A stretch of 64,000 nucleotides of DNA from Planctomycetota bacterium (GTDB lineage: Bacteria; Planctomycetota; PLA2; JAEUHO01), in assembly GCA_965222115.1 (NCBI GenBank), contig CBDCTJ010000007.1, forward strand, positions 864,001 through 928,000, read 5' to 3'. Below the pieces are notes generated by a model, which was given only the letters and a program-made list of their open reading frames with translations, had not been told where the DNA came from and made no database searches. The position numbers were made by a program, and so were the translations under genes. Numbering within the stretch: position 1 is the first letter of the stretch; each line of letters opens with the position of its first letter. Positions 50,245-59,824 of the stretch are shown here, piece after piece.

Positions 50245-50654
50245 GTTTCGCGGACGCGACAAGCATCTACGTATCGCGTGAGCCGGTGGACTTTCGCAAG
50301 GCCCACGATGGCCTCTCTCAGATCGTTCGCGATCATTTTGGTGGCGATCCGCTCTCGGGTGATGTGTTCGTGTTCACCAACAAGCGCCGCGATCGAATTA
50401 AGTTGCTGCTTTGGGATCGCAATGGGCTTTGGCTCTTCTACAAGCGACTGGAGCAAGGAACGCTTCCTCGTTTTGGACTGCGCGGGAATGCGCCGCGTGT
50501 GAAAGTGAAACGTGCTTGGCTGGCAATGTTGCTCGATGGGCTTGAACCGTTTTCTGCAAAGGTTCACTCGCATCATGTCGATCGTGTGCGTATAAAGGCA
50601 CGTGAAGCAAATGAGTCAACTCGATATCCTCCTTCGGCGCGTTCAAGAGCTTGA
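50238..50654 (+). CDS. tnpB: IS66 accessory protein TnpB (Orf2)
   Basis: PVDFRKAHDGL, FVF.N.RRDRIKLL.WD..G, KRLE.G motifs. Confidence 0.92.
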   Translation: MLSFADATSIYVSREPVDFRKAHDGLSQIVRDHFGGDPLSGDVFVFTNKRRDRIKLLLWDRNGLWLFYKRLEQGTLPRFGLRGNAPRVKVKRAWLAMLLDGLEPFSAKVHSHHVDRVRIKAREANESTRYPPSARSRA

Positions 50655-52269
50655 ATCGACGGTTGCAGAGAACAACGCCACGATTGCTGCCTTGGACTCT
50701 GCGATTGCCGAGAAACATGCTGCGCTGGTCGAGAAGCAGGCGGCGGTTGCAGAACACCAAGCTGCGATCAAGGAACGAGAAGACGAGATCAGCAGGCTCG
50801 AACGCTACGTCGCTGCGCTTGAGCGCCTCGTAGCCAACAAGTCGGAGAAACGTCCACGCGCTGAGGCGATTGCGAAAGGGCAGCAGTTCTTAGCAGGCAT
50901 CTTTGAATCGGCGCTTCGAGGTACCGAGCAAACGAAAGAGGTGGCAACCGGGTCGCTCCCAGATACTCCGAAGAAGAAACGCCGCAAACGAGGGCGCCGC
51001 GCCACATTTCCTGATGATGTGCCTGTGTTTCGATCCACGTTTGAGCTGCCAGAAGATCAGCGTGTGTGTGCCTGTGGAAGCGAACTCACGCCTATGGGCG
51101 AGGAGGTGTCCCGTGAGCTTGAGCGCCTTGAGTTCACGATCATCCACGAGATCGCTCGAACGAAGTATTGCTGCCGTGGCTGCCAAGAAGGCGTCACAGT
51201 AGCAAGGGGGCCGATTCGCGTCATTGACAAGGGCATCCTTGGTGTGGGATTCCTGGCTCACGTACTCAGCGAACGATTCCAGAATCACATGCCGTACTAC
51301 CGACAAGAGAAGAGGTACGGTTCTGAAGGCCTTAAAGTTTCGCGTTCGGTGCTCTGCACGTCGGCCAAGCGCTGCGCGGACCTTCTGATGCCCATTGTGG
51401 ATCAGCTAAAGAAGGAGGTTTTGGACGCGGACATCGTCCACACGGACGACACGCCGGTGAAGATGCAGCAGCAGGATGCGCCGGGAACCAAGACCGCTCG
51501 GCTTTGGATTTATCGCGATCTGGATGGCAGCTCATTCTTCGACTTCACACCGAGTCGAAGCCGGGATGGACCGGCGAAGATCCTTCAAGACTTCAAGGGC
51601 TACTTGGTAGCCGACGCCTATCCGAGCTACGACAAGATGTTTCATCCTGAAGGTGCTACGGAGGTGGCGTGCTGGGCGCACACGCGCCGCAAGTTCATCG
51701 ACGCCGAGAAGACCGAGCCGCAGTTCGCCAAAGAAGCGATCGAAAAAATCGCAGCGCTTTACGCGCTTGAGAAATCAATGCGTGAACGTGAGGCTACGCC
51801 CAGCGAGCGAAGAGCGCTTCGAAACGAACATGCGAAACCTCGACTTCAAGCACTTCGAGCGTGGATGGCAGCGACGCGAACACAGGTACTCGACAAGAGT
51901 CCGCTTGCACGCGCCATCGACTACACGCTTGCCAATTGGGAAGCACTGTGCCGCTACACAACCGACGGACGATTACCGATTGACAACAACGCAGCCGAAC
52001 GCGCCCTGCGCGGAGTAGCTGTCGGGCGCAAGAATTGGCTGTTTATGGGCAATGATGGCGGCGGCAAGACGGCAGCTGCGATGTTTAGCCTCGTGGAGTC
52101 GTGCAAAGCCGCCGGCGTGAACGCGCGCGAATACTTCCGCGATGTGCTCCTTCGCATCTCAACGTGCTCGGACGTAACCAAGCTGACCCCACATGCTTGG
52201 AAAGAGCACTTTCTTGATGACGTAGAGCGTCGACGCCAAGAAGCGCTCAAGATGCTGATGCCGAAGTAG
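50611..52269 (+). CDS. tnpC: IS66 DDE transposase TnpC
   Basis: Leucine zipper, zinc finger, HTDDT, DAY..Y, CWAHTRR, IDNN.AERALR, GRKNWLF motifs. Confidence 0.95.
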   Translation: MSQLDILLRRVQELESTVAENNATIAALDSAIAEKHAALVEKQAAVAEHQAAIKEREDEISRLERYVAALERLVANKSEKRPRAEAIAKGQQFLAGIFESALRGTEQTKEVATGSLPDTPKKKRRKRGRRATFPDDVPVFRSTFELPEDQRVCACGSELTPMGEEVSRELERLEFTIIHEIARTKYCCRGCQEGVTVARGPIRVIDKGILGVGFLAHVLSERFQNHMPYYRQEKRYGSEGLKVSRSVLCTSAKRCADLLMPIVDQLKKEVLDADIVHTDDTPVKMQQQDAPGTKTARLWIYRDLDGSSFFDFTPSRSRDGPAKILQDFKGYLVADAYPSYDKMFHPEGATEVACWAHTRRKFIDAEKTEPQFAKEAIEKIAALYALEKSMREREATPSERRALRNEHAKPRLQALRAWMAATRTQVLDKSPLARAIDYTLANWEALCRYTTDGRLPIDNNAAERALRGVAVGRKNWLFMGNDGGGKTAAAMFSLVESCKAAGVNAREYFRDVLLRISTCSDVTKLTPHAWKEHFLDDVERRRQEALKMLMPK

Positions 52270-52296
52270 CAGCCAATCCGGCGGATATCACGCCAA

Positions 52297-52368
52297 GAAA
52301 GAGGCGAAAGGCGTGGTTGGCAGAACGTTCACGAAAGAGGCGAAAGGCGTGGTTGGCAGAACGTTCAC
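52297..52368 (+). repeat. Perfect 36-bp tandem duplication of the IS66 right end
   Basis: GAAAGAGGCGAAAGGCGTGGTTGGCAGAACGTTCAC at 52297-52332 and 52333-52368. Confidence 0.95.
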
Positions 52369-52571
52369 GATATGTGGATAACTGCCTCGAACGCCGAGAA
52401 CGGACGCGCTGTTTGCGCGACAGATCACTGAAGCGCGCACGTCGCCCTGGGGGGCGCCGCTTGCGCTTTGGGGAAGCTAGGCGCTTCCCCGGAGCCTGTA
52501 CGGCTCCTTCGGTCGCTCGCTGGGGCTCGCTCCCAGGCCTCAGGCGCTAGGGCGCCTGGAGGCCTCTCCAC

Positions 52572-53771
52572 CTAGGCCGGCCCGTGGTCTACGCGTTCAA
52601 AGAGCGCCGCCAAGCCAAGTCCGCCGCTAATGCAAAGTGTGGCGATGCCGGTTTTGGCACCTCGTTCGATCATGCTGTGAAGCAGCGTGGCCACGATTCG
52701 GCATCCGGTGGCGCCGATGGGATGGCCAAGAGCGATGCTGCCGCCATCCACATTGAGCTTGGCTTCGTCGATCTTGAGATCGTGATTGCATGCCAAGACT
52801 TGCGCCGCAAAGGCTTCATTGAGTTCCCAGAGGTCGATGTCGTCGACGGCTTTGCCGGTCTTTTCCAATAGCGCGCGTACCGCCGGAACGGGCCCGAGGC
52901 CCATCAGCGCCGGGTCAACTCCCGCCTCGGCATAGTCCACCAATCGCGCCATGGGCTTTACGCCATGTTTTTCGGCCGCGCTGCCTGACAGCACCACCAA
53001 CGCCGCGCCGCCGTCGGTAATGCCGCTCGCATTGCCCGCGTGTACGGTGCCGTCGGAGCGGAAGACGGGCTTGAGTTTGGCCATGCGTTCGACCGTGATG
53101 TCGTCCCGTGCGTGCTCATCGGCGACGAAGGTGTACTCGCCCTTCTTGCGATCTTTGAGCGTGATGCCGACCTTCTCTGCTGCGAAACGGTCGCGCGCCC
53201 GCGCCGCTTGGCAGCGCTGTTGACTCTGTGCGGCGTATCGATCTTGCTCCGCGCGCGAGATGTTGTACTTGTCGGCCAGTGTTTCGGCGGTGTCGCCCAT
53301 CAACTGATCGGCGAGTTTGCAGTGAAAGCCATCTTGGTACATACCGTCAATGACTTCGGCGCTACCCAGGCGATAGCCCCATCTCGCGCGCGGCAAAAAG
53401 TAGGGCGTGTTGGACATACTCTCCATGCCGCCGGCCAACACCACCGATGCCTGGCCAAGCCGAATTGCGTCCGCGCCAAGCAGCGCCGACTTCAGCCCGC
53501 TACCGCACGCCATGTTCACGGTGTAGGCGGGAGATTCGACGGGCACGCCGACTCGAACCGCAACCTGCCGACCGGTGCTTGGCCCCTGCCCCGCTTGGCG
53601 TCCGTGGCCGAAGATGGATTGATCCACAACGTCGGGGGCGATTCCCGCGCGCGCCAGCGCCGCCTCAGCCGCGCAAACCCCTAAATCTGGGGCGCTCAGC
53701 TTTGCGAGGCTCCCACCAAATTTGCCGATCGGGGTGCGGACGGCGCCAGCGACGAAGATGGGATCGACCAC
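52572..53771 (-). CDS. Acetyl-CoA C-acetyltransferase (thiolase)
   Basis: GTG after AAGGAG; RTPIG, NMACGSG, GGMESMS, NEAFA, GHPIGATG, CISGG motifs. Confidence 0.95.
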   Translation of the reverse strand: MVDPIFVAGAVRTPIGKFGGSLAKLSAPDLGVCAAEAALARAGIAPDVVDQSIFGHGRQAGQGPSTGRQVAVRVGVPVESPAYTVNMACGSGLKSALLGADAIRLGQASVVLAGGMESMSNTPYFLPRARWGYRLGSAEVIDGMYQDGFHCKLADQLMGDTAETLADKYNISRAEQDRYAAQSQQRCQAARARDRFAAEKVGITLKDRKKGEYTFVADEHARDDITVERMAKLKPVFRSDGTVHAGNASGITDGGAALVVLSGSAAEKHGVKPMARLVDYAEAGVDPALMGLGPVPAVRALLEKTGKAVDDIDLWELNEAFAAQVLACNHDLKIDEAKLNVDGGSIALGHPIGATGCRIVATLLHSMIERGAKTGIATLCISGGLGLAALFERVDHGPA

Positions 53772-53960
53772 GGTGACTCCTTTGTGATTATTTGAGCCGC
53801 GCGCCGTGGCAGGCGCGCCGCGGCCCAGGATCCTATCGCACCGCGCACGCCAGATGGTCTTCCGGTCGTGGGGACGGGGGAGACTTTGGCGCCGGAGCAA
53901 ACGCAATCGAGAATCAGCGAGCCGCACGCGCGGTGTCAGAAGGTTCCTAGGGAGCGATGG

Positions 53961-55289
53961 ATGGCCGCGAAGAAGTCCTCAAAGGCGAAGAAGGCGGCCG
54001 CCAAGAAGAAGACCTCCGCGCGCAAGAAGGCGGCTAAGAAGAAGGTCGCGAAAAAGGCAAAGTCCAAGAAGGCTTCGTCGAAGAAGGCCAAAGCGAAGAA
54101 GTCGACAAAGAAGAAAGCCAAGGCGACGAAGAAAGCTGCACCCAAGAAGGTTGCTAAGAAGGCAACGCCAAAGAAAGCTGCGAAGAAGAAGTCCACGGCA
54201 AAGAAGTCTGCGAAGAAGAAGTCTGCGAAGAAGAAGGCAGCGAAGAAGGCATCGTCAAAGGCTGCCAAAGAGCCCACGCATGATCCCGACGTCATAGAAG
54301 TTGTTCAGCCGCGCGTAGGCCCCGATGCCCCGCCATTGCCGCCGCCACCACCACCGCCCGAGCCCGAGATCGAAGTCGAGCCCACGCTGCCGCCGATGCC
54401 CAAAATGCCGCCTCGACGCAGTGATGGGGCCATTCGTTTGGCCTACGGCGTGACGCCGGATCAAGCCTTCATGATGTTTGCACTGGCCAACGAGAAAGTG
54501 GACACCGAAGATCGGCGCTACGAATTCTATCGTGCCGAGAGTCATGAGTTGGCGGCCGAAGCGCACAAGGGTACCTACGACGTAAGTGCGGTGTCGGTGG
54601 GTATGTATCCGTCAATTCAGGCGCGCTACCTATTGCTTACGTGTGGTTGTGCCTTTGGCGATCATCGCGGGCCGTGTCTCGTCGCGCGTTCCCCGATTCG
54701 TGCCCATGAAGTCCAGGGACTACACGTAGCGGTACCGGCCGAGGACGACAGCGCGGCGTTGGCGTTGCGATTGTGGTTGCCCCAAGCTGAGCTCAAACTT
54801 GTTCCGATGCCCACGCGACAGATCAGTTTGATGGTGCGCGCGCAAAAGATTCGTGCCGGTTTGCTCGTGAATGAAGATCAAGTCACCTACCGCGATCACA
54901 ATCTCGTGCGTGTTGTGGACTTGGGTCACTGGTGGGCCGAAAAGACGGAAGGGTTGCCCTTGGCTCTCGGCATCAATGTGATTCGTCGCGACATTCCGTT
55001 TGACGATCGCAAGAAAATCGCACTCGATCTCAAACGCTCGATTGCCTATGCGTTGGGTCATCGCGAAGAAGCGGTTGCGTGGGCACTTCAGTTTTCGCCC
55101 AAGCTAAATGGCGAACAGGTGGATCAGTACGTTTCGCGCTACGTGAACGAACTTTCGCTCGACGGCGGTGAACGCGGGCGCCAGGCTGTGCGACTACTCT
55201 TTGCCGAACTCAAGCGTCAGGGATTTCGTCAGGACGACGTGGAACCCTTCTTCCACGACTATGACGAGGATGAAGCGGCGGCGTTGTGA
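53961..55289 (+). CDS. Histone H1-like Lys/Ala-rich region + poly-Pro linker fused to an MqnD-like (MqnA/MqnD/SBP) domain
   Basis: ~104-aa K/A/S tract; then PDQAFMMFAL, YDVSAVS, G..FG...GP, DLG.WW..T.GLPL.LG, YVN..S...GE.G motifs. Confidence 0.85.
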   Translation: MAAKKSSKAKKAAAKKKTSARKKAAKKKVAKKAKSKKASSKKAKAKKSTKKKAKATKKAAPKKVAKKATPKKAAKKKSTAKKSAKKKSAKKKAAKKASSKAAKEPTHDPDVIEVVQPRVGPDAPPLPPPPPPPEPEIEVEPTLPPMPKMPPRRSDGAIRLAYGVTPDQAFMMFALANEKVDTEDRRYEFYRAESHELAAEAHKGTYDVSAVSVGMYPSIQARYLLLTCGCAFGDHRGPCLVARSPIRAHEVQGLHVAVPAEDDSAALALRLWLPQAELKLVPMPTRQISLMVRAQKIRAGLLVNEDQVTYRDHNLVRVVDLGHWWAEKTEGLPLALGINVIRRDIPFDDRKKIALDLKRSIAYALGHREEAVAWALQFSPKLNGEQVDQYVSRYVNELSLDGGERGRQAVRLLFAELKRQGFRQDDVEPFFHDYDEDEAAAL

Positions 55290-55699
55290 ACACCAGCGAG
55301 TCTGCGACGCGGCGCAAGTCCGCCCCCGGGAGTCGGCGACGCTGGCACAAACGATGGACGCGTGCTTCACTCTGGCTCACGCTGCTCGCGCTCTGTGCGT
55401 TTGTCGTTGCCACGGTGAGCATATGTTCCACCCTCGGACGCGACGAGAAGGCCGACGGCACGGAAGCGCTGCTTGAACAGCTTTCCGTTGCACTCACAAA
55501 CAACCATAAGGCCACAGGCGCACTACCCGAAACGCTACTGGAACTCACAGGGGTGGCGCGTGGCGACATAGGACGCGAAGACGCCTACGGCACCACCATT
55601 CGCTACACTCGCGTCGATAGCGCGAAGGGCACGTTTGAGATTCGTTCCGCCGGACCTGACAAGTCGTTTGATACCGACGACGACGTGACGCGACCGTGA
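55286..55699 (+). CDS. Membrane-anchored GspG-like (T2SS pseudopilin C-domain) protein
   Basis: One TM helix; DAYG..IRY and IRSAGPD..F.T.DD motifs; GTGA overlap. Confidence 0.65.
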   Translation: MNTSESATRRKSAPGSRRRWHKRWTRASLWLTLLALCAFVVATVSICSTLGRDEKADGTEALLEQLSVALTNNHKATGALPETLLELTGVARGDIGREDAYGTTIRYTRVDSAKGTFEIRSAGPDKSFDTDDDVTRP

Positions 55700-55718
55700 A
55701 CAGAACAAACTCGAATCG

Positions 55719-56918
55719 CTACGCGGCAATGACCTTTAGCGCCTTCCCCACTTTCGTAAACGCGGCAATGGCTTGATCGACGTCGGCTTCACTGTGGGCA
55801 GCAGAGAGTTGCACACGAATGCGCGCTTGTCCCTTGGGCACCACCGGGTAGCTAAAGCCAATCACGTAGATGCCCTCCCCGAGCAACGCATCAGCCATCT
55901 CCATACTGAGACGCGCGTCGCCGAGCATGATGGGAACAATGGGGTGTACGCCTGGGCGAATATCAAATCCTGCGGCGGTCATACCCTTGCGAAAGCGCGT
56001 GGTGTTGTGTTCGAGCTTGTCGCGCAGTTCGGTGCTTGCCCCCAAGAGTTTCATGCACGCGAGTGACGCAGCCACGATGGGCGGCGCCAGCGTGTTGCTA
56101 AAGAGATAGGGCCTTGAGCGTTGACGTAAGAGATCGACAATCTCCTTGCGCGCTGCCGTAAATCCACCCGACGCACCGCCCAGCGCCTTGCCAAGCGTGG
56201 ACGTAATGATGTCGATGCGACCCATGACGCCGCAGTGTTCGGCAGTGCCTCGCCCCGTCTTGCCCAAGAAGCCCGACGAATGGCAGTCATCAATCATGAC
56301 CATCGCCTGAAACGTGTCGGCGATATCGCAAATGGACTTCAAGTCAGCAATGTCGCCGTCCATGGAGAACACGCCGTCCGTGGCAATCAACATGCGCTTG
56401 GCGCCTGCGGCCTTGGCTTCTGTCAGTTTGGCCTTGAGATAGCTCATGTCATTGTGGGCATAGCGATAGCGCTTTGCTTTGCACAGGCGAATGCCGTCGA
56501 TAATGGACGCGTGATTGAGCGACGCAGAAATGATGGCGTCTTCGGGTCCTAGAATGGTCTCAAAGAGTCCACCGTTGGCATCGAAACATGAGCTATAGAG
56601 AATGCAGTCTTCCGTGCCCACAAAGTCGGCAAGCGCGCGTTCAAGTTCTTTGTGTCGATCCTGCGTGCCGCAGATAAAGCGCACCGACGACATGCCAAAG
56701 CCGCGCTCGCTGAGTGAATCGCCCGCGGCTTTCAAGATTGCCGGATGACTGGAGAGGCCGAGGTAGTTGTTGGCGCAAAAGTTGAGTACCGATGGGCCCT
56801 CGGCGACGTCGATGCGCGCCTGCTGCGGGCCTGTAATAATGCGTTCGTGTTTCGTGAGCCCCGCGGCCTCGATCGCGTCGAGCTCCTCCTGATAACTGGC
56901 GCGTACGGTGTCAAACAT
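55719..56918 (-). CDS. kbl: Glycine C-acetyltransferase (2-amino-3-ketobutyrate CoA ligase)
   Basis: [55 protein letters not shown] motifs. Confidence 0.95.
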   Translation of the reverse strand: MFDTVRASYQEELDAIEAAGLTKHERIITGPQQARIDVAEGPSVLNFCANNYLGLSSHPAILKAAGDSLSERGFGMSSVRFICGTQDRHKELERALADFVGTEDCILYSSCFDANGGLFETILGPEDAIISASLNHASIIDGIRLCKAKRYRYAHNDMSYLKAKLTEAKAAGAKRMLIATDGVFSMDGDIADLKSICDIADTFQAMVMIDDCHSSGFLGKTGRGTAEHCGVMGRIDIITSTLGKALGGASGGFTAARKEIVDLLRQRSRPYLFSNTLAPPIVAASLACMKLLGASTELRDKLEHNTTRFRKGMTAAGFDIRPGVHPIVPIMLGDARLSMEMADALLGEGIYVIGFSYPVVPKGQARIRVQLSAAHSEADVDQAIAAFTKVGKALKVIAA

Positions 56919-57115
56919 GCGGGGCTCCCAAAGGCTTCGAGCAAGTTGCCAAACCATAGCTCATTCCCGCACACGTCTCCAACGATGGAACGTCTGCTAC
57001 CGCCCGCCAACAAAAAGGGGCGTTCGCACAGGGAAGGATCTTGCCGTTCGCGCGTACCATGTTGCGGGTGCTTGGGTTCGATTCCACATGAACGCCGGTT
57101 TCCCTGCGAGTCGCC

Positions 57116-59809
57116 ATGAAGCAATCCTCCGCCCCCATGAACCCGCGTGCGTCCAAGCGCGAGATCTTGAGACCCTGGCAGCGTGTTGTCGTGCGTGTAT
57201 TGGCGCTCGGCTTCGTCTTGATTGCAGGTACTGGCGTGTTTTTGGCAGGATCGGACGGCGCCTCGTCGGCGGGGGCCATGGCCTTGCTCGTGCACGTCGC
57301 GGTCGGTGTCCTGTTGTTGCCGGTGTTGCTCGCATTTGTGATTCCCCATGCGCGCGAACATATGCGACGCAAACCTGTGATTGCTTTTACCGGCGCGCTC
57401 GTCTTGGCGGCCGGGCTCATTGCAACGTGGACGGGCGCGCAACTCAGTTGGATTCGGCGATCGTTGTTGGCCGAGTCCACGACGATGCTTCATTGGGCAT
57501 CCGGCATGGGTCTGATTGTGCTCTACGCCGTTCATCGTCGCTATGGCACGAACCCTGCACCGTGGTCACGCTTGGCAACGAGCGTTGCTCTGTTGGTGGG
57601 CGTCGCACTCGCATTCGTTGTATGGGAGTCGGGCGAACCGAAATCGCCGTGGGCACTCCAGGCCTCCACCGCGGAGGCCTCGGCGTCGCGTTCAGAACTC
57701 TTGCTGAGTCGTTCGGCCGTAGGGGGGGCACGCACGGGTCGGCAAGCGCTCCTTGAGGATTCGCGCCTCATTGCCGACGTAACGCGGTGCGGTGAGTGCC
57801 ATGCCGCGATTGTTCGCGATCATGAGCGCAGCGCCCACAAACACAGTTCGTTCAACAATCCGTTTTATCGCGGCAGCATTGAGTCCATGCGTGAGCGTTA
57901 TCCGCTCGAGGGCACCAAATGGTGCGCGGGCTGTCATGATCCAGCGCCTCTGTTTACAGGCACCATGGCGTCGCCCGATCTCGATATGGATGCGCCCGAC
58001 TCGCAGTTGGGACTCACGTGTTTGTCGTGCCACGCCATTGAGCCGCAGAGCCACGTGGGCAATGGCGATTATGTGTTGCGCAAGCACCGTGCCTATGCAT
58101 GGGAGTCGAGCGACGATCCCACCGTGTTACGTGCCCACGATGTGTTGCTACGCATGAAGCCCCAAGCTCACGCGGAGAGTCTCACGCCCAAGAACATTCG
58201 CAGCGGCGAGTTCTGTTCGGTGTGCCACAAGGCCACCATTCCCGAAGAACTCAACGACTGGCACTTGGTGCGTGCGCAGACCGAGTACGACGATTGGCAC
58301 AACAGCGGCGTGAGCCTAAACAATGTGCGCTCGTTCTATCATCCGCCTTCGGCGAAAGTCTGTGCCGACTGCCATATGCCCAAGCGCTTGGATCCCGACG
58401 ACCCGTCCGCCGACGAGAACGGGCTTGTGGCGAGCCATCTTTTTGCGGCAGCGAATACAGCGCTTCCGTACCTGCGCGGCGACACCGACATGATTGCGCT
58501 CCAGCGCGCTTTCTTAAGGACCGCTATGCGAGTGGATGTAACGGGCGTCGTTCTGCCCGCCGGTGAAAGCGAGTCCACACGCCTCTACGCGCCCGCCGCG
58601 AAGCACGATCTTCGCGTGAAGCCGGGCGAAATCGTTGAGGCCCATGTGGTGGTACGCAACCTCGGCGTAGGCCATCGCTTTCCGGCCGGTACGACGGATT
58701 CAAACGAGATTTGGATCGAGTTCAAAGCCACAGCGGGTGCCAACACATTCTATGTATCTGGCGCGGTCGATCCGGTTAACAAGACCGTGGATCCCTCCGC
58801 CGAACACTATCGAAGTTACGCGGCGACACGCGATGGCAAGCGCTTCGTGTCACGCGTGGGCGTTGATGTATACACACCCATCTATAGCCGGCGCATTGGT
58901 CCCGGTACCGCGGATGTTGTCCGCTACCGATTTCGTGTGCCTGAAGACGCGGAGGGCGCACTCCGTCTCGACGCGCGGTTGCGTTATCGCAAGTTCATGA
59001 TGCCCTACATCGACTTCCTCTTTCCCGATTCGAAAGTGATCAAACACCGCCAAATGGACGGGTCGATGGCCGACGTCGATTTGATGAATCTGCCGATCAT
59101 CGACATGGCCGAGGGCACCCTCGAGTTGCCCATTCATGCCGATGGAACGTCGGGCGCACCGCCTCCGGCAAGTGACGTCGCAGCCCCTAGTGATCGCGTG
59201 TTGGTCAATGACCTCGCCATTGCCTATTTGCTGCAAGGCAGCCCCACGGCCGCGCTCCCCTTGTTTCAAGAAGTAACGAAGATCGATCCCGCGTACGCCG
59301 ATGGATGGGTCAACGTGGGGCGCGCGCACGAAGCCCTCAGTCAGTTCACCGAAGCACGCCGCGCCCTTCGCACCGCCGATCGATTGCGACCGGGTTGGGC
59401 CAAGCCGCGTTACTTCGAAGGGCTGATCGCCGAGAAAGAGGCCAAGTTTGAAGAGGCCGAGCGCGCCTACCGCCATGTACTTATGACGTTTCCCAAGGAC
59501 CGCGAAACATTGCGCCGCCTGGCCGATACGCTTTGGAACCTCGATCGACCCAAAGAAGCCCTAAAAACGCTCGATGCGTTGCTCGACATTGATCCCGAAG
59601 ACGCTGGCGCGTGGCGCATCGCCATTGCGTGTTACAAGGCCATTGGCGATGAAGAAGCCGTTGAGGCCGCAAGTCGCGCCTGGGATCGGTTCCGTCCCGA
59701 TGACACCGCCCGCACGCGCAGTGGACCCATCTTGGTGAAGGACAGCAATCTGCTGCGCTTGTCTCAATCCATTCACAAGCATGTGCAAGAGGGATTGGAT
59801 GGGGAGTAG
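57116..59809 (+). CDS. Membrane-anchored pentaheme cytochrome c with C-terminal TPRs
   Basis: About 5 N-terminal TM helices; CGECH, CAGCH, CLSCH, CSVCH, CADCH; GHRFP.G; TPR repeats. Confidence 0.88.
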   Translation: MKQSSAPMNPRASKREILRPWQRVVVRVLALGFVLIAGTGVFLAGSDGASSAGAMALLVHVAVGVLLLPVLLAFVIPHAREHMRRKPVIAFTGALVLAAGLIATWTGAQLSWIRRSLLAESTTMLHWASGMGLIVLYAVHRRYGTNPAPWSRLATSVALLVGVALAFVVWESGEPKSPWALQASTAEASASRSELLLSRSAVGGARTGRQALLEDSRLIADVTRCGECHAAIVRDHERSAHKHSSFNNPFYRGSIESMRERYPLEGTKWCAGCHDPAPLFTGTMASPDLDMDAPDSQLGLTCLSCHAIEPQSHVGNGDYVLRKHRAYAWESSDDPTVLRAHDVLLRMKPQAHAESLTPKNIRSGEFCSVCHKATIPEELNDWHLVRAQTEYDDWHNSGVSLNNVRSFYHPPSAKVCADCHMPKRLDPDDPSADENGLVASHLFAAANTALPYLRGDTDMIALQRAFLRTAMRVDVTGVVLPAGESESTRLYAPAAKHDLRVKPGEIVEAHVVVRNLGVGHRFPAGTTDSNEIWIEFKATAGANTFYVSGAVDPVNKTVDPSAEHYRSYAATRDGKRFVSRVGVDVYTPIYSRRIGPGTADVVRYRFRVPEDAEGALRLDARLRYRKFMMPYIDFLFPDSKVIKHRQMDGSMADVDLMNLPIIDMAEGTLELPIHADGTSGAPPPASDVAAPSDRVLVNDLAIAYLLQGSPTAALPLFQEVTKIDPAYADGWVNVGRAHEALSQFTEARRALRTADRLRPGWAKPRYFEGLIAEKEAKFEEAERAYRHVLMTFPKDRETLRRLADTLWNLDRPKEALKTLDALLDIDPEDAGAWRIAIACYKAIGDEEAVEAASRAWDRFRPDDTARTRSGPILVKDSNLLRLSQSIHKHVQEGLDGE

Positions 59810-59824
59810 ACCGATGATTGCGAG

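Larger units (their letters stand above)
49834..52332 (+). mobile_element. IS66-family insertion sequence
   Basis: IRL GTAAGCGTTTCGCTAAACCCGCCTT; IRR ending AGAACGTTCAC (18/25 identity); tnpA-tnpB-tnpC; no 8-bp TSD visible. Confidence 0.92.
42042..52624. mobile_element. Decayed genomic island integrated at the thiolase 3' end
   Basis: Bounded by the 34-bp direct repeat; carries parA remnant, RHS, HEAT gene and IS66; visibly more AT-rich cargo; no integrase seen. Confidence 0.75.

Noticed and set aside
50238-50654. IS66 TnpB as an RNA-guided TnpB nuclease
   Set aside because: Name coincidence: short IS66 Orf2 protein with no RuvC motifs.
52584-52620. Excision would fuse VVYAFKERRQAK in frame to the parA remnant and restore ParA
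   Set aside because: The frames match, but an in-frame TAG at 52548 precedes it and no Walker A segment is present.
53936-54295. Phe/Ala-rich 119-aa ORF on the - strand
   Set aside because: Antisense of the Lys-codon-rich H1-like region.
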